Counted from the stretch's first letter, positions 17,512-27,329 are shown. The stretch is DNA of 64,000 bases from Chloroflexota bacterium (GCA_029553955.1 JAKPJZ010000034.1:30692-94691); one strand, 5' to 3'. The notes: a model not told the origin generated them from the sequence alone. Program-made: numbers and translations.

Positions 17512-18414
17512 ATGGCCAAGCTGTTTGAATGCGCGCTCAATTTCAGTGAGGGGCGCCGCCCGGAGGCGATAGACGCCATCGTCGCGGCGGCGCGGGGGGT
17601 GGGCGTGCGCGTGCTCGATGTGGCCGCGAATGCCGACCATAACCGCACGGTGCTCAGCTTTGTGGGCCCGGCCGATGCGGTGGATGAGGCGGTCGGCGCG
17701 GTGACCGGCGAGGCGTTGCGGTTGATCGACATGAACCGGCACCAGGGCGCCCATCCGCGCATGGGCGCGGTCGACGTGGTGCCCCTCGTGCCCCTGGGCG
17801 AGGCAACGATGGACGATGCCGTGGCCCTTGCCCGGCGCATCGGCGCGCGCCTGGCGGGCGAGTTCGCGCTGCCCATCTTCCTCTACGAGGCGGCGGCGAC
17901 ACGCCCGGAGCGGCGCAACCTGGCCGATGTGCGCCGCGGCGAGTTCGAAGGGCTGGCGGCGCGGCTGGCCACAGAGGAATGGCGCCCCGACTGCGGCCCG
18001 GTGCGCCCCCACCCGACGGGCGGCGCCACGGCCGTGGGCGCCCGCCGCTTCCTCGTGGCCTACAACGTGAACCTGGGCACCGACGACCTCGAGGTGGCGA
18101 AGCGCATCGCCCACGCCGTACGGGCGCGCGATGGCGGCCTGGCGGCGGTCAAGGCGCTCGGCGTCGCGCTCAGCGAGCGGCGCCAGGTGCAGGTGTCGAT
18201 GAATGTCGTGGACCCCTTCGCCACGCCCCTCTACCGGGCTTTTGAGCTCGTGCGCCTCGAGGCCCAGCGCTATGGGGTGCCGGTCGTCGGCAGCGAGATT
18301 GTGGGCCTCGTGCCCCTGGCGGTGCTGGCCGAGGTTGCCCGCTATTACCTGCGCCTCGAGGGCTTTGCCGATGGCCAGGTGCTCGAGAGCCGGCTGTGGG
18401 GGCCGGAGCCCTGA
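17512..18414 (+). CDS. Glutamate formimidoyltransferase
   Basis: MAKLFECALNFSEGRRPEAIDAI... matches the characteristic E-C-x-x-NFSEGR N-terminus of formiminotransferases. There is no cyclodeaminase domain. Confidence 0.85.
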   Translation: MAKLFECALNFSEGRRPEAIDAIVAAARGVGVRVLDVAANADHNRTVLSFVGPADAVDEAVGAVTGEALRLIDMNRHQGAHPRMGAVDVVPLVPLGEATMDDAVALARRIGARLAGEFALPIFLYEAAATRPERRNLADVRRGEFEGLAARLATEEWRPDCGPVRPHPTGGATAVGARRFLVAYNVNLGTDDLEVAKRIAHAVRARDGGLAAVKALGVALSERRQVQVSMNVVDPFATPLYRAFELVRLEAQRYGVPVVGSEIVGLVPLAVLAEVARYYLRLEGFADGQVLESRLWGPEP

Positions 18415-18441
18415 TCCGGAGCCTGTGTTCGTAGTACCGTA

Positions 18442-18507
18442 GAGCGGGCGGAGGGGGCAACCTGGCACAGGTCGGAACCTGTGCCAGGTTGCCCCCTCCG
18501 CCCGCTC
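18442..18507. repeat. Perfect palindrome (GAGCGGGCGGAGGGGGCAACCTGGCACAGGT-cgga-complement)
   Basis: Direct reading. Followed at 18508-18535 by a variant array unit, CCCGAACAAGTTCGGGAGTCCGGG. Confidence 0.9.
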
Positions 18508-18646
18508 GGCCCGAACAAGTTCGGGAGTCCGGGGGAGGGTGGCCCGAGCGAGTTTGGGGGGGCCGGGGTACGGTTTGGTGCCTGCAAGCAATTGCTATAC
18601 AATTGTTGCGGGTTTGAAACGTGCAAACGGAGGAAGGAGCGACGAC

Positions 18647-19240
18647 ATGCGCGGAGGGCATTACGCCGCGCCCCGATTGGTGATCCTACTGACCGCTGGC
18701 CTGGCTGCAGCCCTGTCGCTTGCCTGTGCCATCCCCGCTCTCAGCCGAGGCAATGCGGCGCCCGAGGTCGCGGCCACGCCGCCCATGCTCTCGCCCAGCC
18801 CCACGCAGCCGCCGGCGCCTGCGCCGCAGGCCATGGAGACGACGATCAGGATCAGCGAGTCGGAGCTGAACGACTGGCTGCAGGGCATGAGCCCGAGCCT
18901 GGGCCAGGGCGCCGAGTTCAGCGACATGCGGGTCACAATCCGCAGCACGGGCATCACAGTGTGGGGCAACGCCAAGGTCGCGCAGTTGCGGGGGACGCAG
19001 GTGCCTGTCGAGGTCCTGCTGATGCCGGTGGTCCGCAACGATGGGCTGCAGCTCGAGGTGCTCGACGTGCGGCTCGGCGGCGCCTACGCCTCCCTCAGCG
19101 GGCTCGTCAAGCCGCTGGTGGTTTCGGGCATTGACCAGGGCCTCGACATCAACGCCCTGCTGGCCGATCAGGGGGTGCATGTCACCCGTGTCGAGCTGCA
19201 GGACGGCTGCCTGGCTATCTGCACGGTGCCGGCGAACTGA
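18647..19240 (+). CDS. Hypothetical secreted protein or lipoprotein
   Basis: ATG at 18647 follows AGGAAGGAG. The signal-like N-terminus LVILLTAGLAAALSLAC has a lipobox-like L-S-L-A-C. Confidence 0.6.
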   Translation: MRGGHYAAPRLVILLTAGLAAALSLACAIPALSRGNAAPEVAATPPMLSPSPTQPPAPAPQAMETTIRISESELNDWLQGMSPSLGQGAEFSDMRVTIRSTGITVWGNAKVAQLRGTQVPVEVLLMPVVRNDGLQLEVLDVRLGGAYASLSGLVKPLVVSGIDQGLDINALLADQGVHVTRVELQDGCLAICTVPAN

Positions 19241-19242
19241 GG

Positions 19243-19356
19243 AGGGCGCGAGAGGGCGCGAGAGGGCGTGAAAGCGGCGCGAAAGGGCGCGAAAGGGGCG
19301 CGAAAGGGGCGCGAAAGGTGGCTCTCCTTTTCGTGCCCCTTTCGTGCCCTTTCGCG
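19243..19356. terminator. Imperfect hairpin made of GGCGCGAAAGG-type tandem units, between convergent genes
   Basis: GGCGCGAAAGGGCGCGAAAGGGGCGCGAAAGGGGCGCGAAAGG ... CCTTTTCGTGCCCCTTTCGTGCCCTTTCGCGCC. A terminator role is inferred from position only; there is no U-tract. Confidence 0.5.
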
Positions 19357-19357
19357 C

Positions 19358-20077
19358 CTAGTCGGGCCGCGGGCCGTTGGGCGAGTTCTTGGCAAAGCGG
19401 TAGCCCAGGCCGCGTTCGGTGAGGATGTAGCGTGGGTTGGTCGGGTCGGGCTCGATCTTTTGGCGCAGGCGCCAGATGAAGAGCTTGGTGTAGTCGGTCT
19501 CGTCCACATACTCCGAGCCCCACACCTGCTCCAGAAGCTGCTGGTGCGTCATCACCCGCCCCGAGTTCTCGGCCAGCACCAGCAGCAGGCGCAGCTCGGT
19601 GGGGGTCAGGTCCACGAGCTCGCCGCCGCGCCGCACCTCCCAGCGCTCCGAGTCGATGCTCAAGTAGTCATCACAGTAGAGGATGCGGCCGCGCACCGGC
19701 GGAGGCAGCCTGGTGCGCCGCAGCACGGCCTCGAGCCGGGCCTCGAGCTCCTTCAGGCTGAAGGGTTTGGCGATATAGTCGTCGGCGCCCATCTTGAGGC
19801 CCATGACGCGGTCGGTCTCCTGGTCGCGCGCGGTGAGCATAATGACCGGCACGTCCGACATCTCGCGGATGCGCTTGCAGACCTCCCAGCCGTCGAGCTT
19901 GGGCATCATGATGTCAAGAAGGACCAAGTCGGGGCGCTCGCTGTAGAGCACTTGGAGACCTTCCAGCCCGTTGGAAGCCATGAGCACCTGGTAGCCCACC
20001 TTGGAGAGGTAGAGCTTGAGGGCATTGACCAGGGTCTGGTCGTCGTCGATGATCAAAATCTTGGTGCCCTCCGCCAT
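19358..20077 (-). CDS. OmpR-family response regulator
   Basis: KILIIDDDQTLV...DLVLLDIMMPKLDG is a canonical receiver. The winged-helix C-terminus ends GLGYRF. Confidence 0.92.
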   Translation of the reverse strand: MAEGTKILIIDDDQTLVNALKLYLSKVGYQVLMASNGLEGLQVLYSERPDLVLLDIMMPKLDGWEVCKRIREMSDVPVIMLTARDQETDRVMGLKMGADDYIAKPFSLKELEARLEAVLRRTRLPPPVRGRILYCDDYLSIDSERWEVRRGGELVDLTPTELRLLLVLAENSGRVMTHQQLLEQVWGSEYVDETDYTKLFIWRLRQKIEPDPTNPRYILTERGLGYRFAKNSPNGPRPD

Positions 20078-20149
20078 GCGAGTTTACCTCCTAGCGAACC
20101 GAAGCAGGGCAAAGGTCGAAGATTGCCCTGATAATACATCAATCGCCGA

Positions 20150-20272
20150 ATTCCCGCCAGTGGAGCGGGTATGCAGTGTCATGGCGAGCGCAGCGAGCCA
20201 TATCCAACGCGGTCGTCGCGAGCATGGCTGGGGATTGCTTCGCTGCGCTGGCAACGATAGTGTGAACGCCCT
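20150..20272. repeat. GTCATGGCGAGCG...GATTGCTTCGCTGCGCTGGCAACGAT repeat (same family as 2031, 13241, 37847)
   Basis: Sits in the 197-nt gap between the kinase stop and the regulator start. Confidence 0.7.
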
Positions 20273-20274
20273 GT

Positions 20275-23200
20275 CTACTTCCATGGCAGGCGCACGGTGA
20301 ACGTCGAGCCGACGCCCATCTCGCTCTCCACCGCAACCGTCCCGCCATGGGCCTCGACGCCCTGCTTCACCAGCACGAGCCCCAGCCCGGTGCCCTCGAT
20401 GCCCGCCTCTCTGGCCGTCTTGACGCGATAGAATTTTTGGAAGAGATGGGGGATCGCATCGGGCGGAATGCCGATGCCGCGGTCGGTGACCTGGAGCACG
20501 AGGCCCTCGGCCTGGCCCCGCAGAGTCACGGTCACCTCCCCCCCTGGGCGGCTATACTTGATCGCGTTCGCTACCAGGTTCTTGACGATCATGGTCACCA
20601 TCTCGTGGTCGGCCGCCAGGTCGGGCAGGTCCTCCGCGGCGTCGATGCGGATGGTGACCTCCTGGTTGCGGCGTTGTACGTCGAGCATCCTCAGCACGTC
20701 GGCCAGCAGATCGCTCAGGTGGATGCGAACCTTGCGCACCTCGAAGCGGCCGGCCTCCAGGCGCGACAGGTTCAAAAGGTCGCTGATGAGCTGCGACAAG
20801 CGGTCAGTCTGCTGGTCGATGGTGTGCAAGAATTGGTCGCGCATTGACCGGTCATCCCCTTCGACTCCGCCGAGCAAAAGCTCGGTGTAGGCCTTGATCG
20901 AAGCCAGAGGGGTGCGCAGCTCGTGCGAGACGTTGGCTACAATATCGGTCTTGAGGCGATCCACTTCCTTGAGCCGCGAGATATCGGCAAAACTGATGAG
21001 GTAGCCGAATGGCTCGTGGTTGCCGCTGTGCAGGGCGACGGCGCCCTGCAGGATGTCGCGCGTGCCTGTGGCCGCCGGGATCACCGTCTCCTGCGGGGGC
21101 ACGCGCTCGCCGGTCGCGATCACCTGGCCAAGCGGGCTTCTGGCTGCGGCGATCTGCGGGCCCAACACGTCGGTCAGCGGCCTGCCGATCACATCCTGTG
21201 CGCGGTAGCCCGTGATGACCTCGGCGCCGGCGTTGAAGGTCCTGATGCGCAGGCCGACGTCGGTCACCACGATGCCGCTAAAGGTCTCGCGCAGGATGGT
21301 CTCGGTCTTGCGCTTCTCGTCGATGGTCTCGCGATACAGGCGAGCGTTCTCGATGGCGATGGCGGCCTGGTTGGCAAAGGCCACGGCGTTCTGCAGGTCG
21401 TCTCGGCGGTAGAAGCCGGGTTCGACCTTGCCCATGGCCAGGATGCCGCGCGCTGCGCCGCGGACCACGAGCGGCACGCCGATGAGTGCGCGCACCTGTA
21501 GTCCCTCGGGCAATTGCACCTCTGGGTTCTCGGTCTTGATATCGTTGATGATGAGCGGCTCACGCCCCTCGAGCAGCCTGACAAAGAGCGGGAACTGGCC
21601 TGCGGCGAAGCGGCGGCCGATAAAGTGCTCGCCCTCGGGCAGGCCCCGCGCGTTGCTCACGTCGAGCTGGTCGCCCGAGAGGAGCATGATGGCGGCGCAA
21701 TCGTAGCTGGCGACGTTCTGCAACTGCTCCAGCACCAGCTCGAGCACCAGGTCCAGTTCGAGGCTCGAGCCAATGACCCGCGACATCTCGCGCAGGGTAT
21801 CGGCGAGCTGGCGCTTGGCCTGCTCCGACTCCAGCAGGCGGGCGTTGTCGACGGCGAGGCTGGCGTGGTCCGACAGCATACCCAGCAGGCGCAGCTCCTC
21901 TTCCGAGAAGGCGTGCGGCTGGCAGTGCAGCGCGGCCAGGGCGCCGGCCGTGACCGCGCCGCGGCGCAGTGGGTAGATGGCGCTGCCGCGGATGTGGCTG
22001 GCTTGCGCCAGGTCGGGCGGCAGGCCGGGGGCCAGGTGCAGGTCCGCGGCTACCGCCGGCTTGCCGCTGTGCGCCACGCGCTCGACAGCGTACGCCTCTG
22101 CCGAGTCTGGGGCCAGGGTGCACTGGGCGCCTGCGGCCGTGATGCCGCAGCTCGCTGCAAGACCGTGGCCGGGCTCGTAGAGCACCACGTGCGCCTCGTC
22201 GGCCCGCAGCAGGCGGATGGCGCTCTCGACGACGACCTGGAGCACAGCGGGCAGGCTGTGTGACGAGACCAGGCGCACCCCGGCCTCCTGCAGGGCGGTG
22301 AGCTCGGCCACGCGCGCCTTGGTGGTGGCGAACAGGTGCGCGTTCTCGACTGCGACCGCCGTCTGGTTGGCCAGCGTCGCCAGCGTGGTCTCATCATCGC
22401 TTGAGAGCGATCCGCCCTGCAGCCTGGCGCTGACGGCCAGGATGCCGACCAGGCTGCCCTTTACCGCAAGGGGCACGAAGAGCTGCACGCCCAGCCGGCC
22501 CAGGGCTTCCTTCTCTTCATGCCACAGGCTGCGGAACTGGGGCAGCATGTCGAGCTCGCGGCCGTGCAGCGGCTGCTCCGAGAGCCGCAGCCACTGCACC
22601 ACGGGATGGTCGTTCCGCAGGCGCAGCGTCGATTTCTCTTCCAGGCCCTGCTGCGTGGCGACAAAGAACTCGCCGCTGCTCTCTTCGCGCAGAAAGAGGA
22701 CGGCGCGCTCGAGGTGCATGGTGCGGCAGATCTCGCTGAGCAGCATGCCGCCCAGGGTTTCCAGGTCAATCACCGCGGTCGTGCGCCGGCTGAGCTCACG
22801 CAGCATGCGGGCGGCGTCGTACTTGTCGCGGAAGAGCAGGCGATCGACCCCGGCCTGCACGCGCTCGCGCCAGGGACGCACCAAGAGCGCCGCCAGCATG
22901 GCGATGCCGATGGCAATGGCAAAGGCCCAGCCGCCGACCGCCGTCTGCAATAGCCGCTCGAACACAAAGATGCTGAGCAGATAAAAGACGGCGATGGCTG
23001 CCGTGAGGATGGTGTAGGCCAGCCCGCGGCGCACGACCAGGGCCATGTCGAGCAGTTGGTAGCGCAGGATGGCATACGCGAATATCGAGGCGCTGAGGAT
23101 GTTGGCGATGACGTCGATGGGGTAGCCGACGAGGGCCGGCACCATGTTGGCCGAGGTGCCCAACAGGATGATGACGATGGCGATCAGCAGGTAGCGCAGG

Positions 23201-23712
23201 CGGTTGCGCTCCATGTCGGTGGCTGCCTGCCGATAGCCCCGCACCAGGCTGGCGAGGCCAAAGCCGATAAAGCCGATATTCGAGACGGCAATCAGAATGA
23301 AGAGCGGGCCGTACTCGGGCACGAGCAGGCCGGTGTCTGTATCGAGGTGGACGCCGATGATAAAGTGCGCCCGGTCGGTCAGCGACGTCATGGCGGTGGC
23401 CAGCCAGATCAGCACACCCAACAGGATGGTGATCGGCCGCTCACGGATGCGCAGCAGGGCGCGCGCAAAGAAGCAGAAGAGGATGAACTGCGCCGGGGCC
23501 GTGGCGGCGGCCATGCGGTAGCCCAGCAGGGCCATGTCATTGGTCTTGCTCAGGCTGACGACCATGTATGATGCCTGCCAGAGCAGCATGCCGGCCAGGT
23601 ACATGGCGAAGAGCTGGTTGACGCGCACGTGCAGCCCGCGACGGAACACGAACACCGCGAGGGCTGCGTAGCTGATTACGGCCAGTATAGAGAAGAACAG
23701 GGCTGGAGTCAT
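20275..23712 (-). CDS. Sensor histidine kinase: polytopic N-terminal membrane module, multiple GAF-like domains, PAS, HisKA, HATPase
   Basis: 1145 aa. H-box SHELRTPLASIKAY. ATPase boxes NLVANAIKYS, DRGIGIP and GTGLGLVLVK. About eight N-terminal TM helices. Confidence 0.92.
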   Translation of the reverse strand: MTPALFFSILAVISYAALAVFVFRRGLHVRVNQLFAMYLAGMLLWQASYMVVSLSKTNDMALLGYRMAAATAPAQFILFCFFARALLRIRERPITILLGVLIWLATAMTSLTDRAHFIIGVHLDTDTGLLVPEYGPLFILIAVSNIGFIGFGLASLVRGYRQAATDMERNRLRYLLIAIVIILLGTSANMVPALVGYPIDVIANILSASIFAYAILRYQLLDMALVVRRGLAYTILTAAIAVFYLLSIFVFERLLQTAVGGWAFAIAIGIAMLAALLVRPWRERVQAGVDRLLFRDKYDAARMLRELSRRTTAVIDLETLGGMLLSEICRTMHLERAVLFLREESSGEFFVATQQGLEEKSTLRLRNDHPVVQWLRLSEQPLHGRELDMLPQFRSLWHEEKEALGRLGVQLFVPLAVKGSLVGILAVSARLQGGSLSSDDETTLATLANQTAVAVENAHLFATTKARVAELTALQEAGVRLVSSHSLPAVLQVVVESAIRLLRADEAHVVLYEPGHGLAASCGITAAGAQCTLAPDSAEAYAVERVAHSGKPAVAADLHLAPGLPPDLAQASHIRGSAIYPLRRGAVTAGALAALHCQPHAFSEEELRLLGMLSDHASLAVDNARLLESEQAKRQLADTLREMSRVIGSSLELDLVLELVLEQLQNVASYDCAAIMLLSGDQLDVSNARGLPEGEHFIGRRFAAGQFPLFVRLLEGREPLIINDIKTENPEVQLPEGLQVRALIGVPLVVRGAARGILAMGKVEPGFYRRDDLQNAVAFANQAAIAIENARLYRETIDEKRKTETILRETFSGIVVTDVGLRIRTFNAGAEVITGYRAQDVIGRPLTDVLGPQIAAARSPLGQVIATGERVPPQETVIPAATGTRDILQGAVALHSGNHEPFGYLISFADISRLKEVDRLKTDIVANVSHELRTPLASIKAYTELLLGGVEGDDRSMRDQFLHTIDQQTDRLSQLISDLLNLSRLEAGRFEVRKVRIHLSDLLADVLRMLDVQRRNQEVTIRIDAAEDLPDLAADHEMVTMIVKNLVANAIKYSRPGGEVTVTLRGQAEGLVLQVTDRGIGIPPDAIPHLFQKFYRVKTAREAGIEGTGLGLVLVKQGVEAHGGTVAVESEMGVGSTFTVRLPWK

Positions 23713-23829
23713 CGCTCTTCGGGTCTCGCGCGCGGCACACCTGACAGGTCTTCGCCAGACCTGTCACACCGATTTCCATGGCAGGAAGGCGATTGGCAAT
23801 AACCCAGCCGGACGCCTGCCCATACCCAC

Positions 23830-23990
23830 GGGTGCGGCCCCCCTACCGTTCCCCCGTCGCGGGGGGATTGGGCTGTCTTCGCCCGCACAGCATCGCTCGC
23901 TTGCCACTTCTTGGCCGCACAGGGTGCGGTCGGACGACCCAATTCCCCCGCGACGGGGGAACGGTAGGGGGGCCGCACCCTGCAGCAGGA
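23830..23990. repeat. 43-bp inverted repeats (one mismatch) flanking a 75-nt core; MITE-like
   Basis: Left arm at 23830-23872 (GGGTGCGGCCCCCCTACCGTTCCCCCGTCGCGGGGGGATTGGG) against right arm at 23948-23990 (CCCAATTCCCCCGCGACGGGGGAACGGTAGGGGGGCCGCACCC). Confidence 0.85.
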
Positions 23991-24109
23991 GAAACCGTCT
24001 GTCAGCCGCGGCGCGAGCTGGACCGAGTTTTTGCCAGAGAGCTGGCGCTGACCACCTGCCAGGGACACTGGTGTGTCAGGTGTACCGCCCGCCTGCAAGA
24101 GGGCAGCCG

Positions 24110-24829
24110 TCACTTGCTGGCCTCCAGGATCACCACCGGCGGGTACCATTGCGACGTCGGGTGGCGGAACTCTTCGACGTGGATCGACGCGAACCCGGCC
24201 TCGGCGAGCATGGCCTCCCACTCTTCCTTCAGGAAGAGCTGCTCATAGGCGGCCAGTTCGGCCCGCACGATGGCCATGGACCGCTTGACGCACAGGTAGT
24301 ACAGCGACAGGAGCGGCATCAGCAGCACACCCAGTGTGCTCCGCCACTTTTCGCAACGCGACATGTCGGCCACGGCCAGGCGTCCGCCGGGTTTGAGCAC
24401 GCGCCTGATCTCGGGCAGAGTCTGGCGCACCGTCGTGTGGTGCAGGGCGATGCTGCTGACGACGATGTCGAACGAGGCGTCTGCGAAGGGCAGGGCCTCG
24501 GCCGCCGCCGTGCGCAGCTCGACGCGATCGCCCAGGCCCAGCCGTTGCACGTTCCGCTCGGCCCGGTGCAGCATCTCGGGCGTGGGGTCGATGCCGATCA
24601 CGCGCCCATCCTGCAACTGCTCGGCGATGGCCAAAGCCAGGGCGCCGGTGCCGGTGCCGATATCCAGCACCTGCGCCGAGGGGGTCACACCCGCCGCCTT
24701 GACGACACGCTTCAGCATCTCCTCGTAGGGCAGGCCCGAGTACTGCTCAACCTCCTTCGCAACCGTCTGATCATAGGTCGGGGCCCAGGCGGTAAAGCCT
24801 GCGATGGTTTCGTTGGCTTGGTCGCTCAT
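24110..24829 (-). CDS. Class I SAM-dependent methyltransferase
   Basis: Motif I VLDIGTGTGALALAIAE, a post-I acidic residue (IGIDP), and FDIVVSSIALHH. Confidence 0.85.
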   Translation of the reverse strand: MSDQANETIAGFTAWAPTYDQTVAKEVEQYSGLPYEEMLKRVVKAAGVTPSAQVLDIGTGTGALALAIAEQLQDGRVIGIDPTPEMLHRAERNVQRLGLGDRVELRTAAAEALPFADASFDIVVSSIALHHTTVRQTLPEIRRVLKPGGRLAVADMSRCEKWRSTLGVLLMPLLSLYYLCVKRSMAIVRAELAAYEQLFLKEEWEAMLAEAGFASIHVEEFRHPTSQWYPPVVILEASK

Positions 24830-24931
24830 CTACCCTCTCCTCGCCCTCGGCGTCCGCTTGGAGCGCCGGCCGCCGGCCAGCTTGGGCCCTTGCGCAGACA
24901 GGCCGCCGGGCAGCCGGCGCTCTGGCATACC

Positions 24932-26542
24932 CTATTGGTCACCGGCGCTGGCCTGCATCAGCTTGGCGAGCGTATCGTCAGAGATGTTCATGTGTGCCGG
25001 CTTCATCTGGGCCAGGTCGACGCCCTCGGCATGTCGCGCCTGCATGTAGCGCTGGAATGTGCCCGGCGCGAGCAGAGTCACCCGCAGCGGGTCCATGCCG
25101 AGCATGCTGTGCAGGTCGGCATAGTCGTGGTCCATCTCGGCGAGCTGGCGGTCCAGACGGTCGCGGACCTCGGCCACGTCGACCGCGCCGTCCTTGGGCT
25201 CCAGATACAGGTGCAGGGCCAGCCGCTGGCCATCGTACTCTTTGCGCGCCGTCCAATCGACGTAGGGCAGGCCGGTGGCCTGGAGCGCCTGCCAGATCGC
25301 ATTCTCGGTGAGCCGGGCAAAGTCGGCCAGGTCGATAATATCGTCGGCGCGCGAGTAGAACATCCACTGAGGTATGTCGACGCCGGTCTCTTCGTCGCGC
25401 AGCGCCGTGATCTCGATGATATCGCCGATACGGTAGCGCGTGTACACGCCGCCCAAAAAGTTGGTGAACACCAGCTCATAGCGCCGGCCAGCCTGGACCT
25501 CGGCGAGGGTCGCCGTGCTGGGCTTGAAGCTGCGATCGGCCCGACTGCGCAGTGCCTCGTCCTCTGGGATGAACTCCAAAAAGTTGCTGTCGGGGAAGAA
25601 GGTCATGCCCTTGGCGTTCCAGAGCTGCACGCCGACGACGCCGCCCTCGGTGCAGGCAAAGCCCTCCAGCGCGATGTGGCCCCAGTACTCTTCGATCTGT
25701 TTGCGGAAGAGGCGCACATCGGTGCCCCCGGTCATCAGGCACTTGACCGTCCAGAGATCGCGCGGCAGGAGGTACGTGCGCCCCGCCAGCCGGCTGCGCA
25801 CAAAGCCGCGCAAGAGCCGGAAAAGCACCCGCGGATGCAGGAAGAAGGCCGAGAGCTTCATGCTCGCCGCGCCCTGTGCGAACTGCTCGCCCATCTTGAG
25901 CAGCACGCTGGCGGCGCCGTAAAAGCCATCGATGCCGTCGCGGAGGGCCAGCCGGAAGCCTTCTTGGATGCGTTCGGCGAACTCCATCTTCTCGGCAGCC
26001 TCGACGGGCGGCAAGAAGGCAAAGCCGAACTGCGACTCGGTGGCCCTGGCGACGGCGCCCGAGACGTAGGGGTAGGGGGCCAGGGCGAAGAGGACGGTAT
26101 CGCGCTCTTCGAAGGCGAAATCGCCGGGGCGCGTGCAGGCGCCGATGATGAGCGCGGCCATGATCGACTCGGCAAAGCGCTGCGCCATCTGTGGCGAATA
26201 GGGCGCCCACTTGTAGCGGTACTCGCCCGTGCGCCCCGACGTGTGCAGCCACCACTGGGGCTTGGCCGGCAAGACGTCTTCGCGCTTGTCGGCGAGATAG
26301 TCGGCATAGTCGGCATAGGTGGTCAACGGGACGTCGCGACGGAATTCCTCCACCGTCGCCGGAATGCGCCCTCCCAACAGGCGCCGGCCGAGCTCACAGG
26401 TGCCCAGCAGCCGCAACTGTTCCAGCAGCAGCCGTTCCTGGATTTGCATGGTCTCGGCGAGCGAGAGATGGAGAAAGCCACAGTACTTTTTCCAAATCTC
26501 GTCACGCCTTCCCTGCCGCAGGAGTTCCAATGCAGTCGCCAC
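24932..26542 (-). CDS. GH3-family (acyl-acid amido synthetase-like) adenylating enzyme
   Basis: 536 aa. FRRDVPLTTYADYADYLADK...WWLHTSGRTGEYRYKWAPYS resembles the GH3 N-terminal ATP/AMP motif region. Assigned by eye only. Confidence 0.6.
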   Translation of the reverse strand: MATALELLRQGRRDEIWKKYCGFLHLSLAETMQIQERLLLEQLRLLGTCELGRRLLGGRIPATVEEFRRDVPLTTYADYADYLADKREDVLPAKPQWWLHTSGRTGEYRYKWAPYSPQMAQRFAESIMAALIIGACTRPGDFAFEERDTVLFALAPYPYVSGAVARATESQFGFAFLPPVEAAEKMEFAERIQEGFRLALRDGIDGFYGAASVLLKMGEQFAQGAASMKLSAFFLHPRVLFRLLRGFVRSRLAGRTYLLPRDLWTVKCLMTGGTDVRLFRKQIEEYWGHIALEGFACTEGGVVGVQLWNAKGMTFFPDSNFLEFIPEDEALRSRADRSFKPSTATLAEVQAGRRYELVFTNFLGGVYTRYRIGDIIEITALRDEETGVDIPQWMFYSRADDIIDLADFARLTENAIWQALQATGLPYVDWTARKEYDGQRLALHLYLEPKDGAVDVAEVRDRLDRQLAEMDHDYADLHSMLGMDPLRVTLLAPGTFQRYMQARHAEGVDLAQMKPAHMNISDDTLAKLMQASAGDQ

Positions 26543-26705
26543 GTGTCTATCCCCCCTGAATTGTGTTGCGGCCGGCCGCTGGCGGACCGCGCTACGAAAC
26601 GTCGTTGGGCCGGCGCCGCTGTGCCGGCTGCCCCTGCGGTGACTTGCCTCGAGTCTTGTGCCCGTCGGGAGCGCCCACGAAGCCGCCTGCGGCGGCCAGT
26701 GGGGG

Positions 26706-27329
26706 CTAGGGTGTCTCGGATGGGCGTTCAGTAGACGAGGTTATCAGAGCCTGCGCAGTGCTCTGCAGGCGAGGCAAGGTACGCAGGCAGCGGGCCAGGC
26801 TCTTGGCCGTTGGTAGAAGCATCGGGGTCCGATTTCGATAGTCGCCGTAGCTCGGGAACATCTTGTCGAAGAGCAGCACCTCCTGCAGCCAGGCGTAGAG
26901 AGCGTCGACCACGAACCACACGATGCCGGCCAGCAGCATCAGCCGCCCGCGGCTCACGAGCGTCAACCCCAGCAGGCCCAGGCCGAGCCAGAGCACGCCG
27001 GGGTGGCGCGTGAGCGCATAGGTGCCGGTGGTGATCAGGTGGTTGCCGACGCCCTGTCGCGCATACGTCTGGGTAAACGGGATTTCGATGAACAGCGAAT
27101 AGACGAGAAGGAGGCCGCCGGCCACGGTGAGGGGCCAACCGGCGAGCGCCGTCCAGCCGGGCCAGTTGTAGCGGGCCGGGTCTGCCAGCACCCAAGCCAG
27201 CGCGGTCACACAGGTGGCGACAGTCGCAAGGCCGGCGATGGGCTTCAGATAGGCGACGCGCCGCCAAGAAGTCCAGTCGAAAACGAAGGCGAGCATAAAG
27301 CCCGCTACGCCCAGGAGGATCGGTGCCAT
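26706..27329 (-). CDS. Membrane methyltransferase of the ICMT/PEMT (isoprenylcysteine carboxyl methyltransferase-like) family
   Basis: Polytopic protein with LITTGTYALTRHPGVLWLGLGL, matching the TxGxYxxxRHPxY-type motif. Confidence 0.7.
   Translation of the reverse strand: MAPILLGVAGFMLAFVFDWTSWRRVAYLKPIAGLATVATCVTALAWVLADPARYNWPGWTALAGWPLTVAGGLLLVYSLFIEIPFTQTYARQGVGNHLITTGTYALTRHPGVLWLGLGLLGLTLVSRGRLMLLAGIVWFVVDALYAWLQEVLLFDKMFPSYGDYRNRTPMLLPTAKSLARCLRTLPRLQSTAQALITSSTERPSETP

Noticed and set aside
13242-17876. 1544-aa minus-strand ORF, the longest in the track
   Set aside because: It spans repeat clusters and is antisense to four well-supported plus-strand genes (nucleotidyltransferase, ald, gltX, formimidoyltransferase). 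A single protein across intergenic palindromes is implausible.
19243-19356. Protein-coding or CRISPR-like interpretation of the GGCGCGAAAGG repeats
   Set aside because: The repeats are only 11-12 nt, form the two arms of one hairpin, and lie in a 117-nt gap between convergent genes.
23924-26734. 936-aa plus-strand ORF
   Set aside because: Antisense to the methyltransferase and GH3-like genes, with low-complexity composition.
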